Shown here: positions 1 through 12,544 of the stretch, one piece after another
Layout of the letters: each line of letters begins with the position of its first letter
Position numbering within the stretch: position 1 is the first letter of the stretch
DNA from: Klebsormidium nitens
Taxonomy: Eukaryota > Plantae > Klebsormidiophyceae
Reading direction: 5' to 3'
Length of the DNA: 64,000 nucleotides
Assembly (NCBI GenBank): GCA_000708835.1
Contig: DF237007.1
Coordinates: forward strand, 1-64,000
Notes under the pieces: model-generated
Told to the model about the DNA's origin: nothing
What the model saw: only the letters and a program-made list of their open reading frames with translations
Database searches by the model: none
Made by a program: the position numbers and the translations under genes

Positions 1-404
1 TATGTAAGCTGTATTTCGGACTCATCATGCGGACAACGTTTATGAACGTAACGCCCCTCGTATATTCGCGTATTTTCAAATGCGCAATCTGCTCATGTAT
101 GGGCATCAGAATAAAGCTCGGTGCAGGGACGCATCATTGGAATAGATTAATATAAGGAATCTGAAGAATTTTCCAGTTACAGCTAGACGATAAAGCAAGA
201 CTCTCGCAAAGAGGACCATGTCAAAAACGGACTACCATATACCAAGCTGGCGCAACATTACGCCCCCTGAACAAAAACGTACGTACACAACGTTTATCCT
301 CGGAAGATCTGCAAGCGGTCCGTCCTCTATATCAATTTGACTCGGTCAGTCTATACCCGCCAGCCATTCGCAATTATATTTTGCGCTTCACTGTACACTC
401 CAGA

Positions 405-433
405 GGGTGCCCGGTTCAGAGCACCGGGCACCC
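405..433. repeat. Perfect GC-rich inverted repeat (11-bp stem, 7-nt loop)
   Basis: GGGTGCCCGGT-tcagagc-ACCGGGCACCC read directly; intergenic, downstream of the DUF3339 gene. Confidence 0.8.
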
Positions 434-1195
434 CGTCTCTCCCACTTATATTTATAGACGCAAAAGCTAGTATACACTCAAAAATTCTGTTTCTACGCGT
501 AACCCAAGAACCCACTGCATATCCCATAAGATTTCGCCCACTCAAAGCCCCTTGCATTCGCTATGCTCTTGACAAGGCCAAATGCCTGTGCCCCGAAAAT
601 CCCACCCATTTAGCCACCCGCGACGAGAAAGGACAATCGCCCACCTGCAGAATGCAAACCGCGCTTGAGATTTTGTGAGCATTCTTAGAGATGTGAGTTG
701 CCGTTTCAGGAAAGACTTTCAGCGCCCCTATAGTTTTCAATGCCTTTTGTTGCCAAGCTCTTCACAAATGTGAAATCGAAACCGGTTGCGACACGAACCT
801 TTCTAGCGCACAACATCCCGTCAAGTTCAAGCTTCGCGTAGGCTGTTTCGCTGCACTTCAGTTCGCGACAGCCTCTACTGAGAAGTGCTTGAATCTGCAC
901 TTTCGTGAGCGGCCTAAACTACTCGTTCCGTCACAAACTTTCGTCCAGAATCTCCTTGGCCCCCTCATACCCGACACATGTTAAGACAAACGTTACACAA
1001 CATCTGTGATGCAGCCTTCAGATTACCTGTGTAAGCGCGGAGGTTCAAAGGCCACTCCGGTCCCTCGCCAATCGTTCTTGGACTCAGCATCTCTCGGAAA
1101 ATTTAAGCCGGAGGGGCAACACACACCTCCAATTTCTGGAGACTCTCTTTCCTCGTTAAGTAAGATCACACAAAAAGCTGATAAGACTGACCTGT

Positions 1196-4100
1196 TTAGA
1201 CGCGGGGCCTGAGCAGCGGCTCGGTCTCTGCGCGCGCGCTCTCGCGCGCCATGAGCGAGGTGAAGAGGGCGTAGTTCAAGGCGTAGAAGACGGCCGCGTG
1301 GACGAACACCGCGGCCACGCTCGTGTGGAAGCTCGTGAACTCGATCCAGCGGTGGTGCGCGCCGGGGATCGTCAGCAGCAGGCCTGGAGAACAACAGAGT
1401 TGCGGCCTACTTTATGGCTCTGAGCGCGACTCGAGGGCAGTTGTGCCAAAGCTGTTCCAGCAGTGCTGCCTGCCGATGGTCAACAGCAGGCCTAGTAAGG
1501 GTTGCAATTGCGGATTATATTGGGGGTGGAGGTTGATCGACAAGTCACCTTGCAGTTAAGTCGAAGCAGGGTTGTTACTTTGCCACACTCGGAACGGTCA
1601 AGTCAGACAGCCTAAGTCAGTCAGCCGTTGACGAGTCCTGCCAGCAGACAGATTACTGAACAAGATCGATGCATGGGTTGAAGATAGCAAGAAGACTGCC
1701 ATCGTGCTGCTGTCGAGAAGAAAAGGAGTGTCGAGACAATTCAAAGCAGAAACGAGCTATTTCGGAAGTCAAGAAGACGACCATGATTGGTTTGGTAAAA
1801 GGTTGAGACTGAAAACTATGTGAAATGAATGATCAAAACTCATCTTCGTTGAAATGGTGGGAGTAGCCCACAAGAGTTTTTAATCTCAAACACGACGAGC
1901 TTTACGGTTCTGACCGAAAAAGGTAAACAGGCACAGAAATCAAGCAGCGGTCATAAGGAACCAAGTTGTAGTCTAAAAGTGCAGGGCGCACTTCGTAGTC
2001 AACTCCGAGTATGTACAAGCAGCTTTTAGGCTGCGTTCTCCAGTCCGCAAGATTCACAGATGAAAAGAAGACTAACCACAGGAACTGACAGGTGGGCACT
2101 GACCAGGGGAGAGGATGATGAACACGATTGTGGGGATGATGGAGTACTTGAGCGCCTTGATCATGGTCGACTCCGACAGGTCGTGGAACACCGGGCGGTT
2201 CTCATCGCCGGGGCGCCTGCGTGTAAAAAGACACGTGTCACGAGATGGAACGGACAACGAGCGCCTCAATGAGGAGAATGTGTGTGGCTTCAAAGTTGAT
2301 CGTCGGCCATACCAGGAATCGTGGACAAGTACTGGGTGTGATGCAATCAGAGAAGACGCCTCAGCTGATTGTCAACCCTAATCTGAACTGCGAGAGAAAA
2401 GGACGCCTCAGCAAGTGTCAGCCCTATTTTGAAAAGTCTGCGAGACATAGAGTATCGCAGGTGGAAGAGTGAAATATGAAGCACTGATGATAGCAAAGAA
2501 GAATGCTTCTGACAAACTCAGGGAGCCCCCTCTGATGAGAACCTTCATTTGAAAAAAACCGAAAAGATTCCTTCACCACGCAACCTGGAGGGCTTTGTGA
2601 ATGATAAGAGCAGTGCCCGACAAAGTGCGCCAATTTCGATTCGTTGCAGAAAATAGCAATGAGAACTGAATTTGCCACTGTTTGCAGGGACGATAATGAC
2701 CAAAGTGACCTTTCTAAAGAACTTTGGCCTCACCTGTCCGCGGACAGGAATGCAAGGAAGATGAGGTAGTTGAGGATCAGGAACACGACTGCGTGCACCA
2801 GGATCGCCTGCCAGCTGGTGTGGTGGGTCGTCAGCCCAATGAAGTGGTGCCGCGCGGGGATCTGCGGGGAGGAAATGCTAGATTTTCAAGGAGAAGCATC
2901 GAAGGATGGAGCAAGGACTTGACGCGCTATGAAGAGTCTGAAGTTGTGTAGTTTTTGGGTAGAGAAACACAAGCTGCGATTAGCATTCGATGAGAAGCTC
3001 TAGGACATGTTAAGTCTGAGCCACTTTCCATTTCAGGGGAATTTGTTTTGACAGCTGGTCGGTGATCAGTATTGAGAAGCATTCACAGGATGTTGTAATC
3101 TCAGAAAAAGACGGCTTTTTCTGTTGGTCTTCTGCAGAAAACTAAAGTTCCGACTATTATCAAGTATCTCACGAGACGAGGGCCTCAATTGAGCATCTTT
3201 TTTTCAAGAAAGTATCTGTCAAGTCCTAAAGACCCACCTCTTACAGGCACGTATCGCTGGCATAAGTTCCTCATCTCTCAATCCAACCAAGGAAAATGAA
3301 GATAAAGGATTGGAGAACCCAATTCGTCCATTCTGATGCTCATGCCTTCACCAAGTCATTGTCCAAAGTAAACCCCCAATTGTAACATGTAGGACCAAAA
3401 GAAGAACACCAGAACACAAATCAGGCTTCAATTGCCCATGCTCTATTCCAAAGAAGAGACCCTTCAGACATGCATGTATGGAGCTCAAATATCGCTTATA
3501 ACATCTCTGTCAAAGCAATTCTAGAACCTGGAAATGGGAGAAGAACACGGAAATGTCAAAAGAGAACAAGGCAAACCTTACAATCCTTTTCCAATGACAT
3601 AGGGCTGCTAATTAGGAAGACTTCGAACTTTCATAACTAATGCCCAGTTTGTCATTGACAATGCATTGAAATCTCAGACACCTGTCAATTGCCATCAATT
3701 ATGTGAGAAGAAACTTTACGGTTTGCTGAACACCTGACTGGAGCGACAAAGCGAAACAAAGTTTTCTTCTCGAGATTGGGCTACATTAATTGCCCGTCTG
3801 AACGAGGGGTTTCCATGTTTTGCGTTCCTGAAACATTTCTCATTCACTTAGATAAAAGAACCAGGCCCTTAAACAAGTGTTCAGAACACTACTTGCACAG
3901 AGCTGCCTGCATGCAAGTAGTTTGGAAGCACACACTTCCTCCACAAGCAATGCCAACACACCAATTGTATTCAGCAAAAACCCCTGGAATTGTTCAAAAA
4001 CTAGCCAGAACACTGCACAATCGTTGCATGCACACTTCAGTAAGCTTCTGGGGAAATACTTCCGGAAATGAAAGATAAAGTTCTGCAAACCTGGTCATTC

Positions 4101-4212
4101 TCACCTCGAGCAGCAGTCCTGGGGAGAGCAGGATAAACAGGATTGTGGGCACGATCAAATACGTCGCCGCCCGCTGCAGCAAGGGGTTGGGGACATTCCG
4201 TGGGTCAGCCAT
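1196..4212 (-). CDS. Tandem DUF3339-domain membrane protein, 4 exons, about 178 aa
   Basis: Exons 4212-4105, 2861-2734, 2216-2104 and 1383-1196 join with GT-AG sites and compatible phases (537 nt). The product contains two copies of the DUF3339 signature: 'VPTILFILLSPGLLLEIPARHHFIGLTTHHTSWQAILVHAVVF' and 'IPTIVFIILSPGLLLTIPGAHHRWIEFTSFHTSVAAVFVHAAVF'. Confidence 0.85.
1455..1495 (-). repeat. Decayed intronic copy of the DUF3339 exon-4 acceptor and exon start (original about 1345-1386)
   Basis: tccagcagtgctgcctgccg...gtcaacagcaggcctag aligns with tccagcggtggtgcgcgccg...gtcagcagcaggcctgg; offset 108 bp. Confidence 0.6.
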
Positions 4213-5463
4213 TGCTCCAGTAAGTCTCCTGCAAAACAATTTGCGTTCCAAAAACAAGAAAAAGCCCGAGCTGTTTTTGCAGAGAAAGAAGTGAGGCTTG
4301 CAACTTGCTTGAAGTTGCACTGGCTTCAACAAGTTGCTCGTGCTTGGCTCGTGCTCAGAGTTGCAAGCTTGTGAGCTGACCTCGAACGTCGAAGTCAGCA
4401 AACTCAGGGGCACCGGTACCAGGTACCTAGCTACCGGTTTGTCATGACATTGAACGCACAGATTCGACGCATCGAATATCCCCGGCGGCCAGAAACCGTC
4501 GATAAAAGTTCACGTGAATCCGACACTGCCACGTCAAAAACCAAGAGGGTTTGAGGTTTGGACTCCGCGTGTCTGCCGCGGCGGCCAGAGCGGCCGCCTC
4601 GTATAAGAGCTACTGAGTGCCACGCGCCCGCGTCGCGCGGCTGCTTTTCATACGTCGCTCTCCGAAGCTGCAGGGTACGACTTGGCAACGTCTGGGCCTG
4701 CTAGATAGCTTGATTTGGCGCCTCTCACGTATCGAACGCGTTTTCATACTCACATAGCTCTAACTCAGCTCCATTTCCATGTCTTATGAGGTGATGCAAC
4801 AATGCCCGCGAACGGTCCAAGTGGCAAGCGTTTCATTCTGAAAGATGACGCATTGCTGCTCCTTTGCCAGCGCATCGGACAATCTGTTGAGTAGCCGGCC
4901 ATCTCTCTTCAAACCCCAATTCAGGCGCTGACCTTTTGAAAAGCTCAGTTTTAATTCGAATGTAACGGTGATAGGCCAAAACCTTTTCGAAAAGCTCTTA
5001 TTAATTGGTCATATGGACCACGTGAATCAGTCGGATCCCAATTCATTCGGAGATGGGAGTTCTTGCTCAGGCTTGAATTCAAGATGAAAAGCTGTAGAGT
5101 CTTCAGCATTTTAAGAATCACGCAAGGCCTTATGCTAATCGGTACTATGTCGTCCGCCAGCTTTTATCTCAACGGTAATAACATCGTGGTGGAGGCCCGC
5201 AACGGTACTACAGTCATGTCGCCTGTTCAAACAGGCCAAATGGGGGTTCCAAACGAAGCAAACGTCCAATTTCAGTTAACGCACTTCGTAGGTTGCACGA
5301 CACGACGCACAGTATCACAAATGGCCGTTAGACAAGATCTTAGACGGCCTTGAATGGACGACCAAGTAGCTGCTTCCGAGTCTCTGACTGTCACTCTTCG
5401 TTTTGTAAACCCAATGTTGGTTTGGTCTGGTTTGGTTTGGTTGAAGCTGCTCCGTTGCCTCAT

Positions 5464-8400
5464 TCATTTCCCTGCTTCTGCGGCCACTCTCTGCACGTAC
5501 TCCTCCCTGTCCAGATGCTGAAGCACGTCGAAGGTGAACGAAATCAACTGCTCGTATTCGATCGCGCCCTCCGAGTTCTCTTCGAGCGCAGCCATTAGGC
5601 AGTTGACGTCACGCGGCGTCAGCCCTAGCTGACTGCTCGCCAACTCTTGGAGGACCTCGATCACCTGCGGGTAAGGAGGTAGTGCGTTTTGAAGCGCTTT
5701 GGAGGACAAAATGTTCAAGATCGGTGGGATGGCTCCGCGGTATAGATAGATACAGTCTGCTTTAAGGTACGGCTGGACGTTTGAGATCTTAATGCGAATC
5801 ACCAGGAGATGTGAGGATCTGTGGGTCGGATCAAGCAAGATCAACTCGATCAGCTGCCTACGAAAGCGAAATACAGTCCTCAAACACAGGCTTAGGAACT
5901 GCGTACCGAGAGGTGAGCACAGGGCCTCACACGTAAGTGCAGAGACTTCTTACAACTTACTAGTATCAGCCCTAAATCAAACGAACAATCCACTTTAACG
6001 GTCTTGCAGCACGAATAACTCCATGAGGTCGTGCCCAGTGCCATCGAGTGCCATGAATCTCCTGCACAGCACAGCTCCTCCTTGTAATCTGCGCAAGTTC
6101 TTGTCCTCCTATAGTGTTCTCGCGCAGAACCCTAAACCCCTCACCTCTGATCGCTCGAGCGCGCCCGCGCCCTGTTCGTCGGCGGCGCGGAACGCCTCCT
6201 CCAGGATCCCGCGCACCGCGTCGCGGCTCAGGTTGCGCAGCTGCTGCACGCCTGCGCTGCGCGACAGCGACTCGATCGCGGCCGCGCGGTCCGCCTGCCA
6301 GACGAGGGGTTAGGGGTTTCCATAAGATTTCCTTTTGCAATCAGAGGTCAATCAAGGTTTGTTGACCTTTCGGATAGAAATGAGGATCAAAATACCGCTG
6401 TGCGCCTTAGAAAATAATTCGTTGCTATCAAAGGAGTCGGATCGGAAAACGCGGCTCAGGCTGCGTGCCGTGGAGACGCGGCCGCGTTCCGCGCCATTGT
6501 CCCGGCTGCGGCCGCGCGCTCTGCTCTAAAAGACGCAGGGGTTCGAGAATTTTCTTATCATGGGCGGCCTTTACAGCAACGAATGTACTCCAAAGGTTCG
6601 ACGTCAGGTGCTCTTAGCTGTGACTTGATCCGGGAACGGCCGTTACTTAGTGGACTGAAAGAGCTTTCACTCTCACGAGTCCGGGTTCTATTGTGCCGCA
6701 CATCCACAAGAACTGGGTCCCAATTCCTAAGATTGGGATCGAAGCGAAGGATTTTTACGTTTGCTGCCAAGACGCCTGCCGCTGCCGCTATGACCAATGA
6801 AGGTCTCCGTCAGACAACGCGATTGAAAATCCGTTCGAGCCACGCTCGAGGTTCGCGAAAACTTCAGAACGGTCGGGAACGTGAAACATTGCAGTTCTGG
6901 GCCGTGAGCAACCTTTGCTTCTTAGCCATGCCTTCGTCGCTATTGTTTGAAATTTGTTATTGACTGGGTGTAGGGAGCGTGTTTCCTCCTTTCGACGCAC
7001 TGGGAAATTGACCCTTCAAAAAACACTAGAGAACCCCCTGGCATAAAGAAGCTGGTCAGAACGGGTAAAACCCCCTCTATCCAACAGTGTAAAAGCCTGT
7101 GTAAATATCGTTACAAGCGCAAAACCATACTCAAACGGGCCCCGTAACCCACCTGGTGCGAGACGTCGACGAGCGAATGTATCATGTGCGCGGCGCCGCT
7201 CGCGAACCGGCGGTAGTTAACGTAACCCTCCTCGTCCGGCTCGGCTTCACTCATCAGCGTCAGCACTTGCATCCGGGTTAGGCCTAACCCCTCTCGGGAC
7301 AGGTCGGTTAGCACGCCCTTGATCTGGCGCTGGAGGAGCAAACCGGTGCGCTCTCGGTCCTCCGCGGCAAAGGCCTGTGCGCGGTTTGAAAACAGTTCAT
7401 CACAACGCAAAACGTTTCGAGCCGCCAGCTAATTTCAGATTTAGTAATTTTGAGGCGCCGTTGTCTGTCCAATCTCGCCATGCCCTTGGTGGGCAACTTG
7501 AGAATGAGTTGTAGTCAAGATAAAGGCCCAGCTGTCAGAAAGGTGCACGTTTTTGTGAGGATCTAATCGCCGACTTTTGAGGTCAACACTCTCTTACAGA
7601 GGCTTCTTCGCTTCTTTGAACAACTCTCCGACTTAATCCAACCTGAGACAGAGGAAGAACAAGTCTGATATCGTGGGGACCTCGACAAACATTCCAGGGA
7701 TAAATCCGCAGGATTCTCGATCGGACTCGCATAGCAATCCTTTTTCTTGTTGCCTTTGAGACAGGTTTGTACTTACCTATGCCTCTGAAGGCTCTGAAGG
7801 AAAGGCAGTAGAAAGGCACCGTATTTTACCTGCACCAGCAGCACCTCAATATCGTCCGCACTCCGGGCTTGTTTCTCGCGTACGAGCTCGTCCGAGAAGC
7901 GCTCCACCAGGATATTGAAGCATAGGGGCAGGAACTCCTCATACGAGATGGAGCCGTCGCCGTTGCGGTCCGCCTTGGCCAGTAGCAGGTTGATCTCCTG
8001 CCGGGTCAGCCCCACGTCAGCGTGACGTAAGCAGTTCCTGAGGGGCAAGCAAGCAGTATTAGCGAGACGCAGCAATGATAACATTTACCAAAACTCTGGT
8101 GATCGGGACTCGTCTTCGTCCATGTAAGAAAGTCAGTGAAAACTCGATAATAGATTGCTTTGAAGCTCCTTCGAGTCTGCATCCTTCAAAGGAAGTCAGA
8201 GGAGACTCAAACGACGACGCGGCCAAAGTTCCGGTACGTGTGCTAGAGCCCACAAAAATTTGTGCCGTGGTTTTGGAAGGAGCGCATTTGTGGCTTCAAT
8301 GAAACCAACGAAGTTTGTATTCGCATGAACGATGCGCCTGAGGTCCCGCCAGCAAGTGCTGACGGGAAATAGAGCTTGACATGGATCTCCCGCGGAACAT

Positions 8401-10909
8401 GGTCCAAGTTCTGAAGTTCGTCCTGTTGCTTCCTCAACCTGCTCTCATGTTCCTCGTTTCCCCATCTTGCCATGCCCCTCCTCCTGTCGCTTTTCCGCCT
8501 TTTGTGCCTCACGCCCCTGCTCACTTGAATTCCTTCCGGTCGAGCCGCCGGTCTCCGTTCACGTCCGCCGCCCGGAACACGCCTCGCATCATGGCCTCCA
8601 GTTCCGCCCGCGGCATTCCGTGCAGCAGCTGCGTCTGCACAGTGCTCCTCGCCTGGGCCTCGTCCGCGTTTCGGCTGGCCGCCAGCAGCGCCTTGGCGCG
8701 CATGCCGTGGATCACCTGCGGCAAAAACAGGGCCCTTTGAACAGCGGACGCTTGATGAGTCATTGGTTGCAACCTTTCAACCTTACATGTGAGAAGAAAG
8801 GCGGGGTTTAATCAACTGAGAGTCAACCGACGGATTGCCTCTCGTCGCTTTTGAGGCTCCGCCTCTTCTTGAATCCAATGAAAAGTGGAAACAAGACTCG
8901 CTTCTTTAAACGGTCGTTCGAATGGGAGACAGTAGTCCCAGTGATGAGATTCCCAAACCTTCGAGCCACACAGCCAAATGAGACTGACGAGCGCATCTTT
9001 ACCTACCTCAAAACACCACGAAGCAAGCTCCTTTCGTAACTGAAAATGTACAATTCGAGGATTGAACTTTCACACGCTTTTCTGTGTTTGCCCTTCTTGA
9101 TACTGTAGATAGTCTAGGGTTTATTCCTAAGGAATCGTATCAAAATTTTGACGCGGGAAACTACGGAATCACTTCGCTTCTGCGCAACCCCGTCTGCGAA
9201 GTCACTTCCTCTGTTATAGACATCAACCCGCTAGGTCATACACATGGCAAACCTACTTCGGCTCCCACTCTCCTGCTTCAAGCAAGTAGACAAGACACCT
9301 CCATTTCCACCCACGTCTTCTCCGACTTGTGTTGACAACGACTATGTCCCTTGAGATTGATATCGAGATTTGAGAGAGGGTCCTTTAAACGGACTGCCCA
9401 CCTGCACCATGATCGGCAGGAACTCTCGGTACTGAATGTTCCCATCCTCGTTCTCGTCGCACTCCGCCAATACGTTCAGGAGCTCCGCCTCCGATCGGAA
9501 AAGCCCGCTCTGCTCCATCGCCTATAAGCAAAGTCCAGGACGTATGATTCATTCAAGACTTTGCTATTGGTTGTAAATGTGGTATGAGGTCGCAGTCTTA
9601 GACAAGAGACTCAAAATGGCAGAACAGCTTGGAAGACGTTTCTGTGCGCCTCCTCTGTGCCTGTCTCAAAGGCACCGCAGCTTTGCAGTAAAGATAAAGA
9701 GTTGACCTAAGGCTTGTTTGGGCACATCACGAGTCTTTGCGAAGGTTGCTAACCACTATGATCATACTTCTCATTTGCTCTTCATTTGTAGCATAACAGC
9801 CCAAGAGCTGGCACTAGTCCTCCTTTGTCCCACCTTCCACTTCTGCATGCGCCCTTTGCGATGAGCGAGCACTCAAATCCGCAGGCATCCGTCCTCAATC
9901 ACAGTCGTAACACTGCTTTATCATCAACAGCGTTGAGTTTAGTGGAGGAGTTTCATAAGGAACCGTTCTCACCGCAGCAAACTCCCTGGGGTCTAGATAG
10001 CCGTTGCGGTCACTGTCCGCTTTCAGGAAGTGCGATAAAATGAGGTCTTCCAGCTCGGATGCGGACAACCACGATACATCCGGGCGTCCGTTGCTGGCCG
10101 CTGCAGCAGCGTCCGAACTCTGTGTGGCGCCGGCCTGCGGACGATCATTGTGCACCGGGCATCAAGTTTCTAAAGTCTTGGTGTGCACACCGTGTGCCTC
10201 TCATTTTACTTGTTGATGGACATGTTGATGGATCAATCAGTTGATCCAACTTGAGGCCCCTCCATCGATGTAGATGGACATGCGTAGCTTGCCTCTGGGC
10301 ATCATTGAAGCTGGTATTGAAAGTCACGGAGGGCAGCGTTTTTCATGAGATCGGTAATGCATGCGTCAAGTGGTACAAACAGGTGCAGAGTAGTCGTTAG
10401 GTGCACCTGCCATTTTGCAGCAGGTTTCAGCAAGAAATAAGCGCTGTGTCCTGAGAAAACCAAAGAACTCTCGTCCTAAAAGGAAAATTTGTCCCTGCTC
10501 ATATGCCCACATTGACAAGATTTAGCTGTTGCATTTGTTTGATTTGCCACCTGCCCACTCATGTTGCCAACCAGATCTTCTAATGCAAGTCAGCGCTACC
10601 CTGGATGCTGACCTGATTACAACTCAAAGAAATAACAATTTTGAACAAGCAGGAGTCATGCAACGCCCTGAGCTGAACTCAAGGCCCATCCCCAGATATA
10701 TGAGCTACGGAGTTGGAGCCTTCTTGAGCTCTCCAAATAGCGGTCGCGCGTATGCGTACCTGTTGTTGCGCATGAAGCCTCTGAAAATGCTGAGCTCCAA
10801 AGGTGTAGATGTTCTCCGGTTGCTGTCGCAGGACCTCTCTGGCAAAGTCCTTCAACAGGATGGGGAAGCCATCAGGGACGGCGATCTGCTTCTGATAGCG
10901 GGCCGTCAT
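5464..10909 (-). CDS. RIIa (D/D) domain plus multiple EF-hand protein, radial spoke protein RSP7-like, 8 exons
   Basis: N-terminal 'VPDGFPILLKDFAREVLRQQPENIYTFGAQHF' is an RIIa dimerisation/docking motif. EF-hand loops are DSDRNGYLDPREF (~10000), DENEDGNIQYREF (~9440), DVNGDRRLDRKEF (~8540) and DRNGDGSISYEEF (~7950), plus four degenerate loops. Approximate exons: 10909-10760, 10134-9973, 9522-9403, 8715-8525, 8037-7831, 7375-7152, 6295-6145, 5665-5464. RIIa plus EF-hands is the Chlamydomonas RSP7 architecture. Confidence 0.8.
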
Positions 10910-11937
10910 GACGGAGGCTTCTGATTAGTGACCAGATTGCACCCTTGCAGAATCTTCTGGATAAATGAGTCAGGATTTCAGCCGTTCACAATACTGATAT
11001 GTTGAAGCTCTCAGCTGCAAAGAGCGTTGCACCTGTTGTCCAACTAGCTTGAAGAGCTCTCTGTAAGAAAGTCGCGCATCGGACGCAGCTCCCGGTGGTA
11101 ATCTTGTTTCTATCTGCTTCATGCAAGTCTTAGTGGCTGAACTCTGTCCAAGCTGCAGCAGAGACCCAACAGATGAAACTTGCTGCTCTGAACAGCAGGT
11201 CCCTTGAGCGTTTTCAATCCTCACAGCTGCAGCAGTCATTCAGTAGGTTCAGAGACTGAAAGACTGAGCGGAACTGGAATACCGAGGATTTGGCCGGACT
11301 TCTTCCATCTACTTACGCTGGACGGTAAGCAAATGGGCAGAGCTCTTGCACTGAGTTTCTGCTGGCTAGGATCTAGGTGGGCTTCGGGCTGCACGGGATG
11401 TGAGTCACACGAGTCGGCGAGTCTCGGCCCGCTGCCACAAACAATCACGTGCGCGCGCAGGTCTCATCGAACGGCGCAACGTCAAAATCTCTTTGACGAT
11501 AGCAAGGCCCCGGGCCAGGGGATCCCTCCGGGCCATGCATGACTTGTTCTCATGTTAGCCTTCTGAATATCACTCGTAATCTGCAAGCCGATATCGGCCT
11601 AAAGAGAGCTTGAGGAACATGACGCAAGCCAACACTTCAGCAGCTCAAATCGAGAAACTGAGACAAGCGAGCTCGACGAAGCTGAGCCGCTTACCGTGCC
11701 CGCTAATTAGAGGATCAAAGTCATGGCGCGGCTGCAACGTGGCCTCATGGCCGTGGCCACGTGATGTATTTGTAGCTTGCAATGCTCTTTGTTGCTTTGA
11801 ATTAGAGTCACCCAAAACATTGCAATTCGACCAACTCAAAGTGTCATCCTAGCATGTTCTCCTCGATCAAACATATAGCTGTAACCTGTGTCACAACTCA
11901 GGTCGCATGACCGTAGCGCATTAGCGCATTAACGAAT

Positions 11938-12154
11938 CACCTTGCCCAGATGGAAACGCATTAGGCTCGTTCAACGAGCCTAATGCGTTTCCAGAGATGT
12001 TAGAGGGCACTTACTGTGATAGAATCGATTATACTATAATGGGTTAGTTTTTACCATCATGTGCGAGTTTTTTACAAGTTGCTTTCAATAACATACCTCG
12101 CAACGTCAGTGAAACCACAGTTCCGACTCTCGTGCATTTCCATCTGGGCAAGGT
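11938..12154. mobile_element. MITE-like element (about 217 bp) with 22-bp terminal inverted repeats and an internal 20-bp perfect hairpin
   Basis: ACCTTGCCCAGATGGAAACGCA (11939-11960) is the reverse complement of 12133-12154 with 1 mismatch. Internal palindrome TGGAAACGCATTAGGCTCGT-tca-ACGAGCCTAATGCGTTTCCA at 11951-11993. Confidence 0.6.
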
Positions 12155-12544
12155 ATTGGTGCCTGAAGTTGGCACGTGCGTTCGATTTTTGCACTTGCAC
12201 GCGTGGCATATGAGCCACTCAGTGGCTGATTGCAGAATCTCACTAAGTCTCCTTAGCTTTATCTTCGGAAGCCATATATACTCCTGCAAATCGTTTTTTG
12301 AGGGATTTTGAACGGGTCCTTGAAATGCTCACTGCCGTGCAACACATAGGCCAATGTCTAGCATGAAGAGTTCTATTTCAAGCATGCACTCTACCTTGAG
12401 CTTTGCATGCTTGTACCTGAAGTGTTTGGCAATAAATGTCCTGTGAGTGCCTATTTGAATTGCAACTATGTACAGTCAGTTGGTTTTGCCTCCATGCTAA
12501 TAAGCTTACTTATATGGCAAGGCGTCTGCTTGTAACGTCTCTTT

